This document shows, piece after piece, positions 24,669-36,139 of a stretch of 64,000 bases of DNA (within the stretch, counting starts at the first letter, position 1; every line of letters begins with the position of its first letter). A model generated the notes under the pieces. That model was not told the DNA's origin and ran no database searches. It was given only the letters and a program-made list of their open reading frames with translations. Location: assembly GCA_904063045.1 (NCBI GenBank), contig CAJFCJ010000019.1:2672684-2736683 (forward strand). Direction: 5' to 3'. The stretch comes from Dimorphilus gyrociliatus. Its lineage: Eukaryota; Animalia; Annelida. Position numbers and translations under genes: made by a program.

Positions 24669-27600
24669 AGTGGAATGTGTAACATCTATATCTATACATA
24701 CATTATGCATGCGACTTATACTAATTGCAAATTTTTGCTGTACAAGCTGCATATGTTATGTATATACAAAAAAAAATAATAATAATGCTCTGCTGAACTG
24801 TATACCGTTTGTAATAAACCCGTTTGCCAAGATCTCTGACTGTATGCTTATGTTATTTAAACGAAAAAGCACAACATTTACACACTTAGGCATGATGCCA
24901 TCTAGAAACTATTTCTCTGTTTGAAAAGAGATTATCGTTGATAAAGTCCCTAAAAGACTCATAGTCACTTGATGCACTCGATTATGATTAAAGAACTACT
25001 GATAAAATGTACGTATTCTATCATTAGGAAATAGTAGTGAGGCAATTCGTTTGTGTTTGATTACTTAACGTTTTCTATTTTGATGCAAAATAGCAAAAAG
25101 TCATATATAAACTTCAAAAGACAGTATTCTATCGTGTTTCTTCCATAAATACGTGACTTATTTGCGATTTTTTAGCTTTGGAGCGATCATAGTTCCTATG
25201 CCGTGATAATCAATAATCCATGGAGTGCATAATACGTCTTTCCTAAGAAAAATTTTGGACTTTCCGTAACAAGCTTATTAGTGAGATGACACTTTAGAAT
25301 TATCATTAAAGTGATAAAAGTATTTCTGAAAAGGTTCTTGACGAAAGGACGCTGAAATCTAGCTGTTAGGGAGAAGAAGTAGCTCCTTCTTACGAAAATC
25401 TGTTTTCTTGTAATTATTTAAAGGCTAAGGAATTGAAAGCAATCAGCTAAAGCGCATGTTAAATTCATATAACCATCAAGAGTTGGGAAAAAAGAAAATA
25501 TCTGGTTTTAATCTAAAAAGTCTATACTTTAAATAAAGTTTTTTTTATCATTCTGTTCTGAAATTATGTCAAAAGAAAATAATCAAATTATAACAGGAAT
25601 GTTTAGATTTATCTACTTGAATTTGTTTCCCTAGGATTTTATGATATCTTATGCAAGTTTACTTTCCTTTGGTAAAACTAATACAGATCGGTCTCTAGCC
25701 TATTTCTTTTTCTATTCTGCATGTGTAATTTAGACTTAAAATTACCTTGTTGCATTGCACTTAGGTATTTGATTACTACTACATAAAATAAGCATGTTTT
25801 GTCTCTGAAAAAGGATGCAATTACCTTTATTCCTTTGGAGTCAATGAATAAACCAGTAGATATATAATTATGAAATACTTAAGGAGTATTTTTTTCGTAT
25901 GTTTTATTAGTATGTTTAACCTAGTTTTGTATAGTAGCTTCTTCAATATCGTGACGGGGTAGAACTTCTAAAATGGCTCTACATAGATAGCAATTTATGA
26001 AATTGCCTTTATTTGCCGTTTTCTTCATTTCCCGCAGGCGCCTGTATGTAAGTCCTTGAAATTTCTATCCTTAATAAATTATACTTAAGTATTTAAGGCT
26101 ATAACGTTTCTAGTCCAGCGATGACAGTTTTCGTAAGAGTTATCTATCCAGAAAGGCTGGACTCTAGTAGCTAAGTTTATTTTTTTAGGCTTTTTTATTT
26201 AATTGTCAGACTATCATTTTTCAAAACGTCTCTCGCTATATATATAGATATATACATATGTATATATATATATATTTATATATATCTATATATATATATT
26301 TAATACATATGTATACATACATACATATATATATATATGTATATATATATTTATATATATATCGTTGTTTTTGATTTTTGAAGGCAGCGCAATAAAATGT
26401 GCGAACTTTTCAGGGCATAGTTTACATCATAACTTTGTTAATTTATGAAAAATATCAATGAATTCATGGTTTTTCGATGATTTTTTCATATTCTCTCTTA
26501 ACCCATCTCCACATAGCAAGCCAATCTTCTTTATTACCGCCACCTGTAATATTACATAAAATATTTAGAATTAGTCAGCATTAGTAGAAACATTTTTGTT
26601 AAGGCAAATTACACAATAAATATGAGAGAAGAGCATTCCTATATGAAAGTAAATCATCTCTAATAGTCAGATTTATCAATCTTGCGTGATGGGCATTTTT
26701 TATGGATTCCACAGAATACAGATTTTTGACTATTTTTATTTTCTATTATCAAAAGTTGAAGTCAATACAATAAATCTTATTATGTGTTATCTTCTGTAAG
26801 GGTAAAGGTGATTAGTTGTTTTTTGGATTTTTTTTCAAGCTATATTCGCCAAGTATCTTCAAAATCTTCAAGGATTAAGCAAGGTCAATGAAAAAGGACA
26901 AATTTAAGAAAATATTCCATCTTACGGAATCCCGCTTTTTTTGTGTAATATTTGGTAGCGTAAAGCGGAAACATAATTTCCTTTTTCAGTCTAATAAAAA
27001 AAATCTTTTCCCCTTCCATAAGCCCAGCAAACAGCTATTAAGCAATTAAGCATAATAATGGAACCAAGTATAACCGAAACTAATTACAAAAAACTATATA
27101 TAATTAAATATATTGATGATATTTTTCGGTATTGAGGCAAAAAGGAAATTTCTTTTCTTTTGTAGAAATAAGAGTTTACCGAGGTCACTTAAAGGCTAAT
27201 CTTCGTTGAAAAGACATTCAACGTATAATCCAATTGAAAATGTTGAAATATTTCAAGTACTAAATAGAAAGTTATTATTAAAAAAATATTATATTTTTCT
27301 AGTGTGGGAATTGATAAAGAGAAGTAATTCTTTCCTTAAATACACAATTTTTTTGAATAAATTTCCTTTTAAAGTAGGCTAAAGTTTAACAATTTTTCTT
27401 CTCTGTGTCTTTTATTTAGTCTTTTGTCTAAGAAATCGGATTTTAGCTTTAAAAAAATTTCTTCAATTTATTTGACTTTTTTTCCTTCCTATTACAAAAG
27501 ATTTCTTTTACTATGGAAAAAAGGCATGTAAATTAATAAACTATTAATTGAAAAGAGTGTTCCCTTCTTATATTTGGAGAATATATATATGTATATATAT

Positions 27601-29481
27601 AAAGTATATACAGTATACACAGAATGATTATACCGGTTCTTGTCAGTGGTGAACGTGTAATACATACTTTCTATAGCTAGTGTGTATTTTTCATTCATAT
27701 ATGCCTTTGTCGGCTTTCCTAATTGTATCATTAACACCACAAAATGTCATAAAAATGCATTACAAAGGGTTATTTTTTAACTATAATGAACTGAAATATC
27801 TCAAAAGAACTCCTCTCGACTTAAAAATCAGAGGGTGAATGAAGTGTTAAATTTATTTAAAATATCCTTGAAGGTACGTTATACTAGCTGCAACGAAATG
27901 GAAATAGAAAAGAAGTGAATCAGTTGCCACAACTAAGATTGTAGAGAAAAGAAACTATTTAGAATGGTAGTTAATTAGTTGAGAATAAAAGAAGTTGGAA
28001 AACAAAGCCTAAAGCTCTTTTCCTCCATCACACTTGTTAAACTAAGGAAAAGAGGTGAAGAAATGTTGTCTTGTTTATGACCCCAGGATATTGACAAATT
28101 TCTAATTAATTTATCGTTCAAGAGTAAAGTAATAGTTATTAGAGAAGTCTATAAATAGAATTTAAGAAAAAAATATCCATAGACCTTTGATCTAAACTTA
28201 GCACTCTTTCAAAACCTCAGCGCTTGCTTAAAGAAGAATTTCATTGAAATTGATTCCTTTATAAATTCACTAGAAAGTTAATATTAACAGGACGAACAAG
28301 TCATTTATAATAAATTAGAATCAAGAATCAGAGATAACTTTATACTAAATTAACTGATTTCTTTTGCAAAATACACTTAAAAAATCATTTGTTACGTAAT
28401 AATCATTTCTTTAGGATACATTAAGCTGGAAGCTATTTCAATTATTACAAGTATTGAGTAAACCGTGAAAGGCATGATAAAGGGGTTGATGGGTACGTTG
28501 TGAAATATGTACGCCTTAGTGGGCAACTAAACGGAAGTGAGGAAACGTTAAGAAGATCGAACTTATTTATGAGAAATACATGTAAAGTCATGCTTAGGAA
28601 TCCTTTTTCGATAGTAAAGGTACTTTTTTCATTAATACGTATGAAATATAATGCAAGCCTACATACTGTTTTGTCTGATTATATATCTTGTATATGTAAT
28701 GTGTAATATATAATGAAAAGCATAGTCAGGCAATATTTTTTTTCTTAACTGGAATAGGAAAAGGGCGTGTAAAAGGTAATTCTATTATTATTAATGAATA
28801 TTTCATACTTTTCTTTGCATGTGTAATACTTAAGCCGGTTCTATTTAAATTGCCATACAAGAGTAGAGTGTACTTTCAAAAAGTAAGGGTATAGCCACTC
28901 TTTTAGTTTAGCTTTTCCCCCCTCCCTCCCCTTCTCTCCCTCTCTCTCTCTCTCTTGCTCTTTCCTTCTTTCTTTTTTTAAAAAAAAACAAGTAATCTAT
29001 CTGGACTAATCGATGAGAAAAAGCTCTTGTAAAGAAGATTGTCAAGTTTACAACGAACACTCATAATATTTAACATAAGATGTTTTCCAACATTTTCCTA
29101 TAATCATTAATTATTGATAGTTAAATATATTTTATTCGTAAAACTATGAGAAAAAATGAAAGGCGAAATAAAGACATCAATAAGTTTCTGTTAGAAATTG
29201 TAAATGTATTTACAATATGAAACTTCGTTTTGTTTTATCAAACACAAAAAGATTTCTAGAGTCTTATAGAATTTTTCTCATGTTATATTTTTTTGGAAAA
29301 CAGATCGAATACTCAAATTTATTAATTAATAATTATATTGTATCTCTTTAAATAGTTGTTTGTTTGAGATGTTTGATTGTAATTTACTTATTATCTTTAT
29401 AAATGTATACTGAATATTAAAATACTAATACATGTCATTTTTTATGTAAATTATTTCAATAATCTCCTATGAAATGATAAT

Positions 29482-29525
<44 letters not shown>

Positions 29526-30708
29526 AATAAATAAGGATTATAATATTTATACTTTTAGGTAGGATTTGTCATTCTCTTAGTGATATTTTTCTTTCTATTT
29601 GTATTTCGGATTAAGAGATCTAAAGGATGAAATAATCAATTAAGAATAAAAAATTATTAGTTAATTCTTCTATAAAAGAAATATCTATATAGCTTCGTTT
29701 AACAAGGTAAATATAATTTTCAAACTAACAGAAGAAGATCAAAGACTTATTAGTTATTGAAACTATTTTCAATTATGTATAGAAATATTCACTAATAGAA
29801 ATAATAATGGAAAGTAAACGCTTTTTCTTGTTAAGGTAAGCAGACTAAAACCAATTGGGATTTGTCATAGACTGACTAATCTTCGTCGATTCTTCTTTGG
29901 CACTTGTAGAAAAATGAGGAGAATGAGTAATTCCTAAATTGTTAGGCAATCATTTGTTAGTGCATCATGTGCCGATAAGCTTACATGTTTTATTGTCATA
30001 TTGTACGAATAATTACAGGCATTAATAGATTTTTGAATGAGTGCGTTTTTTTCATCGCCCAATGCATTGAAACTCTAGCAAATAGTTGTTACCCAAAAAG
30101 AAAAATAAGATATTATTTTGACATCACACAGATCGTCGTTTTATCAACATAGGTCTTAAATGGTTTCATCAGATTGTCATTTTTGTCTACGTTTGACATG
30201 TATGTTATTTTTACCTCCAAGAATTATTTATCATATACACTTAACCCATTTATTTTTATAACATTTGAGCCTCCAGCTAATGAATCTGTCCAGTTATATG
30301 TCAAACAGTTTAAGATTAGAAATGTACTGTAAGCTAATCTTACATTTTGCATATATTAATGAACATGATTACGCACAATTATTAGAAGGATTTGGCCTTG
30401 AAGCCTGAGTATAAATTATTGAAACTCTAATCTCCATTGGTTTACAATGGGAGTAGAATACAGCAAAAGCGTATGGGAGACAAATTTCATTTGTTCCGAC
30501 AGTCAATTAATACAATTAGTAGTGATAATCCTTATATTTAACTGCAAGTTATAAATCTAAAAGCAACCTTTCTGCTCTCTCTCTCTGGGAGAATATATAA
30601 CAGGGACAAAATCCCACGTGACCTCTTCAAATAATAATGTATACTACTTTTAGTTCTGATGACGTAATTCGTAGTAAACGGTCTGGTACATCAAGTAAAA
30701 TAACTTAC

Positions 30709-33106
30709 ATTCAGGTTTTGGGCGGCTCTTGTACTTTTTTATAAGATCCTTTAAAATACTATTCGTCGCGTGATGTGACCTCATTTTGTTTATCCATTGC
30801 AAGATTTCCATTTGAACATCAGAAGTATTGTTTTCCACATTAGCGCTCCGAGACTCTTCATTAGTTGGCAATCTATAATTTTGGAAAGACCATTAATAAT
30901 TAGTAGCAAAAGCAAACGAAACTTAATAGCTTAATATTATCATTTAATTTTCGTTTTAAAGTACCTTTTTGATTTAATTTCTGCCAATTTCGAAAGGAAG
31001 TTGCGACCATAATCTAAGTGAAATTATCGTAAAGATAATTTAAGAGTGTTTTAAAAGTAAGCATATAACATATAGCTTATAAAAGTTTTTCATCAATTAA
31101 AATTTATGCTTGATAAATACTACATAAATAAACATAAATTACTCTAAGACGTAAAGTAGTAATTGTAAATAATTGAATTTCTGTCCAAATAAAATACGTC
31201 TGGAAGTTGCTGTCTGTCTCATTCATAATAGGCTGCCAGCTACATTCGTACATTAAAGTGTACGAAGAATAATTTAAAATCTTTTAGGAACTGTCATCAA
31301 AAGTTCCTGATAGAGTAATTATTATAAATTGTAGAAAATCTCTGATTCTCAAGAGACAATATAATTCATTCTATTATGGATAACATACTAAATTACATTT
31401 TTAAAATATTAATTAGCATAAACAAACTACTTCACTTTTAGTAATTATTTTTTAATGAAGAGTCCAATTTGTAAAGAAAACAACTGAAGAAATAATTTAA
31501 GAGTTGTTGCCGAAAAATTAAGCTACTTAAAGAAAATGTCCATTTTATCATTTCATCATTTTTACAATTTTCCTTTCATACTACCCTTTCTAGGTGAAAA
31601 GATGATATCGCTTTTAAAGGAAAAAGGAAAAATAGAAAAAGAAATTATTGTGCGCCTGCTGAAATTGGTCTACCAGTGCTTTAAAGAACTAGCCTACTGT
31701 ATGCGGAATTAACTGAACGAACGAAATGGAAAACCGTAAAAGTGTACTTAATTTAGGCTAATCTTTTAACGTATACTATTCTTAAAGCATCCATAATAAA
31801 CGCTTCAATACAGCCCACTAATTGACCGGATATACGTTGTTTTTCACGGGTGCGCGTTTGTAGGCGTCTAGAAGCGTCTTCTCCTCAGCTTCCTTTTAAT
31901 GACAGGTGGTGACGGCGTCAGTACATGTACTCGGTTGTTAAACCCTATTCTTGTTATACTCTGACTGACAACGTTTTTCTCGCATGTTTTACAGTATAAA
32001 AGAAACTATTAAGTATACTTCCTACTTGTTCCCAATCATTTATTAAACAATACAAATTCAATGCAAAAGCATTTACGATCTTTAATTAAAAGCAAATATA
32101 TTTGTGTGAGGAAATGTACCCACAAAGCTGGAGTATTAAATATCAGATTAATCATAAGAGAATTGTATGATTTCTGGTCCGTGTTAAAGGGAATATACAT
32201 AATTAATATACGGGTAATAAGCGTAAAGTTTTTCATTTACATAGTTTCTATTTCTCTATGTTCCAGGTTTTACTTGTATAGATCTATAATTAAATATTAT
32301 GTATTTCATAGTCCGATGCTTTGTATTCTCTCTCACACACTCTCTCTCTCACTCTCTTTCTCTCTCTCTCTCTTTCTTTCTCTTCTTAAATATTGACAAG
32401 AAATTGACAGTTTCTCCAATATTTATCTTATTATTTTATACTTTGCAAAAATTTTAACTTTTTTTGTTGACTAAGCAAAGTGTAGCATTTTCAAATACAT
32501 TAAAGAAGGAATGCGAAAGGGGTTGATATGAAAATTACTGACGACAAGAGAATAATAATCCTTTTTCACCTAGGGAAAATCTCTAAAGATTAAGCAACAG
32601 GATTTTCTTCTAAGGGTGATGAAATAAGAATTATATCTATTCAAAAAACCTATTTGCTAATTACCAAAAAAAGAAATATCTCTATATTCCTTTCTCCTTT
32701 TCTCTCTCTCTCTTTCTCTCTCTTTCCCTCTTTCTCTCTCTTTCCCTCTCTCTCTCTCTCTCTCTCTCACTCTCTCTCTCTCTCACTCACTCTCTCTATC
32801 TTTCTTTTCATAAAAACTTTTATGAATATTAGAAGGCGACCCTTTTCCTTTTGAAAATCACCGTTTCTCAGTCTTTTTATCTTTATTTATATATTCGACA
32901 GTAATGAGAGTTACGTTAATTTGGAAATGTTTGATCGTTAAGCGTCTAAAATTCGTTAGCTTTTTTATGAGGATACTCAGAAATAAAGCGTTTTACTTAG
33001 CAGATCTTAACTTACCAACTTCTCCAAATTGAAATCCAACAGAATAGTTCAATGAAGAGCACAACATGACCGCCAGGAAAAGAATTACATAAGTATGAGA
33101 ATACAT
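30709..33106 (-). CDS. Candidate secreted prepropeptide-like protein (3 exons identified, 3' end unresolved)
   Basis: Exons 33106-33016 (MYSHTYVILFLAVMLCSSLNYSVGFQFGEV, donor GTAAGT, phase 1), 31013-30965 (DYGRNFLSKLAEIKSKR, donor GTACTT, phase 2) and 30872-30709 (LPTNEESRSANVE...KYKSRPKPE, donor GTAAGT). All phases match. A 47-nt upstream intron (33160-33114) has a GTAAGA donor and TTTCAG acceptor. No homology evidence. Confidence 0.5.
32700..32810. repeat. (CT)n-rich imperfect microsatellite
   Basis: Long polypyrimidine CT-repeat tract; similar tracts at about 4190-4250, 9177-9260, 28917-28960 and 32330-32385. Confidence 0.9.
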
Positions 33107-33184
33107 GATGAAGCTGAAACTTTTCGAAGTGGCCGAAGTGCAGGAAAGCCTCGCTCTTACCTGCTGCCCTCTGTGAGCGTCTCA

Positions 33185-33192
33185 TGACGTCA
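33185..33192. promoter_or_regulatory. Perfect cAMP-response element (CRE) palindrome
   Basis: TGACGTCA, 79 nt upstream of the ATG of the candidate secreted-peptide gene. Confidence 0.5.
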
Positions 33193-33466
33193 CCTTCTCT
33201 CTGTCACTTGAAAAATGAAAAAAGAGCCTTACAAGTTACACAATCTTATCTTTGGCTGGACAAGTATTATCTAGTGTCCAAGTATCATAATTCTGTTCGT
33301 TTTAGACACATTATTAAGTTCCGCGAAGCGTCTTTCCTAGAAAATAAGCTATCTACATTTCAGCTAGAATCTTATTTCATCCCGAATAATTAATACCTCA
33401 AAAATAATTCTTCAAATATCATCCAAAAATTCAACCCTAAGTGCCCAAATGCTCATATAATAAATG

Positions 33467-33481
33467 CCGCTAGATGTCGCT
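33467..33481 (+). promoter_or_regulatory. CTCF-like motif (GTC variant)
   Basis: CCGCTAGATGTCGCT. Confidence 0.45.
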
Positions 33482-36139
33482 TTTAAAAAAATATATTTGA
33501 GCGCAAATATCAAACAAGGAAATATGATACATCGAAATAACGATGGCCTAAATTGCCCTCCCAAACACTCCCAACCATTTCGTTAATTTTAGCTAGCAAA
33601 TGTTCCTTTCTACTGTCTGTTAAGGAGGCCAAAAAAAAAAGCAAAATTTTTTCACTGTGTTTATGATGTTATTATGATAATATATTTAAAAATAAAAGAC
33701 TATTTATACGAAAACACAAGTTTTCGGGAATAATTCACTTTCACGAATGATTCGCGATACCTCATTGAGAAAACCTTATGAAACGTATCAATATTACGAA
33801 ATGATATAGGCTAATAGAAAAAGTAATACCGCATAAATCCCTTATTCATTCATATATTATAAAAAAGAAAAGCGTAATATTCTATAAATAATTCATGAAA
33901 CACTTTATTTTGTTTACTAATTTATTAATAAAATACTGTATTTATAACTTCAACTTTTCCGACATTTAGTCAATTTTCAGATCAAATATTTACTTAGAGC
34001 AGTCCGTACTTTAACGGTAAATATTATCAAAGCAGAAAGCTCCTTTCAAAAACTTCATCAAAGTTACGTAATAATACAATTTATTCAAATTAACTATAAA
34101 ATACTTTTATTAAATTGAAGCGAAAAATGAGCTTTATAAATTACAAAGCAAAATAGTATATGATGTTCAATTTAATGAAATATAATATAAATAATATTAT
34201 AATTCAATATTATAATTATATAATAAGATATAATATAAAAGTATATTTTACTTATTCGTAAATGGTCGAGTTTGGTGTAATTTTCCAGAAATTCTTTACA
34301 GTAAAAGAGATAAAAAATAAGATGAGATGGGTTGCGCTTTTCTTGTCAGATTTTTCATCTAGAAGATGTTGTTTACAAGCATTAAATGTCGTAACAGATT
34401 TTCAGTTCAATTTTCTGTCTCTTAACTAAACGTAAATATACTATTTATAAAGTGCAGACAAGAATATTTTATCTTTTCGTCACCAATAATCAATCAATGA
34501 TTACAAATGACAAAAAGGGAAGATTGTTTTTGACAACCTCTGATCCCTGACACTTTTGTCTAGGACTCAAAATGTAGAAAACAATCACATAGGCTTTCCG
34601 GGAACAAAATTTCAAAGGAACTAAATGATTATTTTAGTAAAAACTCCATTTTCTTTCTGTGAGGCCTGAGATGCTTAAACGGTTAAAGGTTATCTATTGA
34701 AGATAATGTCTCTATATTTCTTATTAGCTCTGCTAAATCGTAAACTATTTCGATGTTATTAGTTTTCCAAAGATATTTACTAAAATCTCTTGGGTTCAAT
34801 CTTTCGGTTTTAATTGATATCTTCTCAGCATAATCAGTTAAACCACAGTCGTTATCCGGTTGAAAGGATATTGAAAGGTTGAATTATATAAGTTTCAACA
34901 TCTTTAATTACAACCTTTCGTGAGCAAAATGTACCTTATCTCGGGAAATTCCGACTATTTTAGCTCCTCTCTCGACCTTCATAAACAGTTCAAAGTGGAT
35001 CTTTGTTACTCTTTTTTATAAGTATTAGCTTTTTATGATGTCTTTGAATCTTCCTCTTTGATATTGGTATATCTTTAGGCTTCCTTTTATCTTAGTACTG
35101 TTATTGTTTCCCTTTTTATTCTGTTTGTCTTATCATTTGCATACTCTTTTTAGAACTTTCGTTTGTGAAAAATCTAACGTTTTTCACATTACATTCTTTC
35201 ATTGTTTAATAAAAAGATATCTAAGCTATTCAAATGTGAAATTAATTCCTGATCAGCTCCATCTACCTTTTATTAGAATTTTATCATAATAAACGATAGG
35301 AAAGCATACTTGTTAACTTCCGTTAGATATAGTTACTATTAAATACACCTAGCCTCAATTTAAGGTTTTACAGAATGATAGTAGAAAATTAAAACCGGAA
35401 AGTGTGTCTTTTAAAGTGGAAATATAAAAAGACTGACCCTGTTTTCAACTATTTATTACAATTATCTATATTTTTACAACTTTAAAGATAGAAAGTTGTT
35501 TTTTTTTTTGTTAGTTTCTAGTAAATAACACTTGGCAGAATTATTCAAATTCTCACTAATATATTCATTTTGTTTGTACTTGTGTAACATTTAATTTACT
35601 AAATTATGGATAGACGTTTTTATTTACTTAATAATGATCAGTCAATAGATTAATGGTGTTCATTTTGTACCTATTACATATTCATAGTGAAAAAAGTATC
35701 TACATTTATAAATAGTATATTATTAACTATACATAAAAAATGTATTCTTTAGATAAATTCTGATAAATAGATTTATTAATATCTAATCAATACGTGAATT
35801 TAGTTTCTATTAAGCAAACTGCAAAAAAAATACTTTGGTATAAATATACAGTATATAAAACTATATGTGTTATATACAGCAATGTATATACAGTATAAGA
35901 GAAGACGATATTATATTGATAATTAAGCTCTATTATAACTATAACTGAGTATCAACTGTGAAGGGATTATACAATAAAGGAATTAGCACCTTATGAAAGA
36001 AATATTCTCGATTTATACAACGTACGTCTGATTAAAATCGATAAAGAGCGTTTAAATAGGGCTATGGTCGCGTATTGATTAAGGAAGAATCGATGCAGAG
36101 TTGCAGTTTCGCAGAACTAGTGTGTGGCTGCGCTGCAGC

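Noticed and set aside
29559-31712. Plus-strand mini-ORFs after acceptor-like sites (VGFVILLVIFFFLFVFRIKRSKG* at 29559; GEKMISLLKEK...MRN* at 31594)
   Set aside because: No consistent upstream exons; hydrophobicity is explained by T-rich composition; they overlap the region of the minus-strand candidate gene.
34916-35330. Possible decayed LTR-retrotransposon integrase C-terminus on the minus strand (LILIKKSNKDPL*TVYEG / KVERGAKIVGISRDKVHFAH)
   Set aside because: The resemblance needs a stop, a frameshift and a deletion; no LTRs, RT or DDE motifs were recognised. A tBLASTx against Repbase would settle it.
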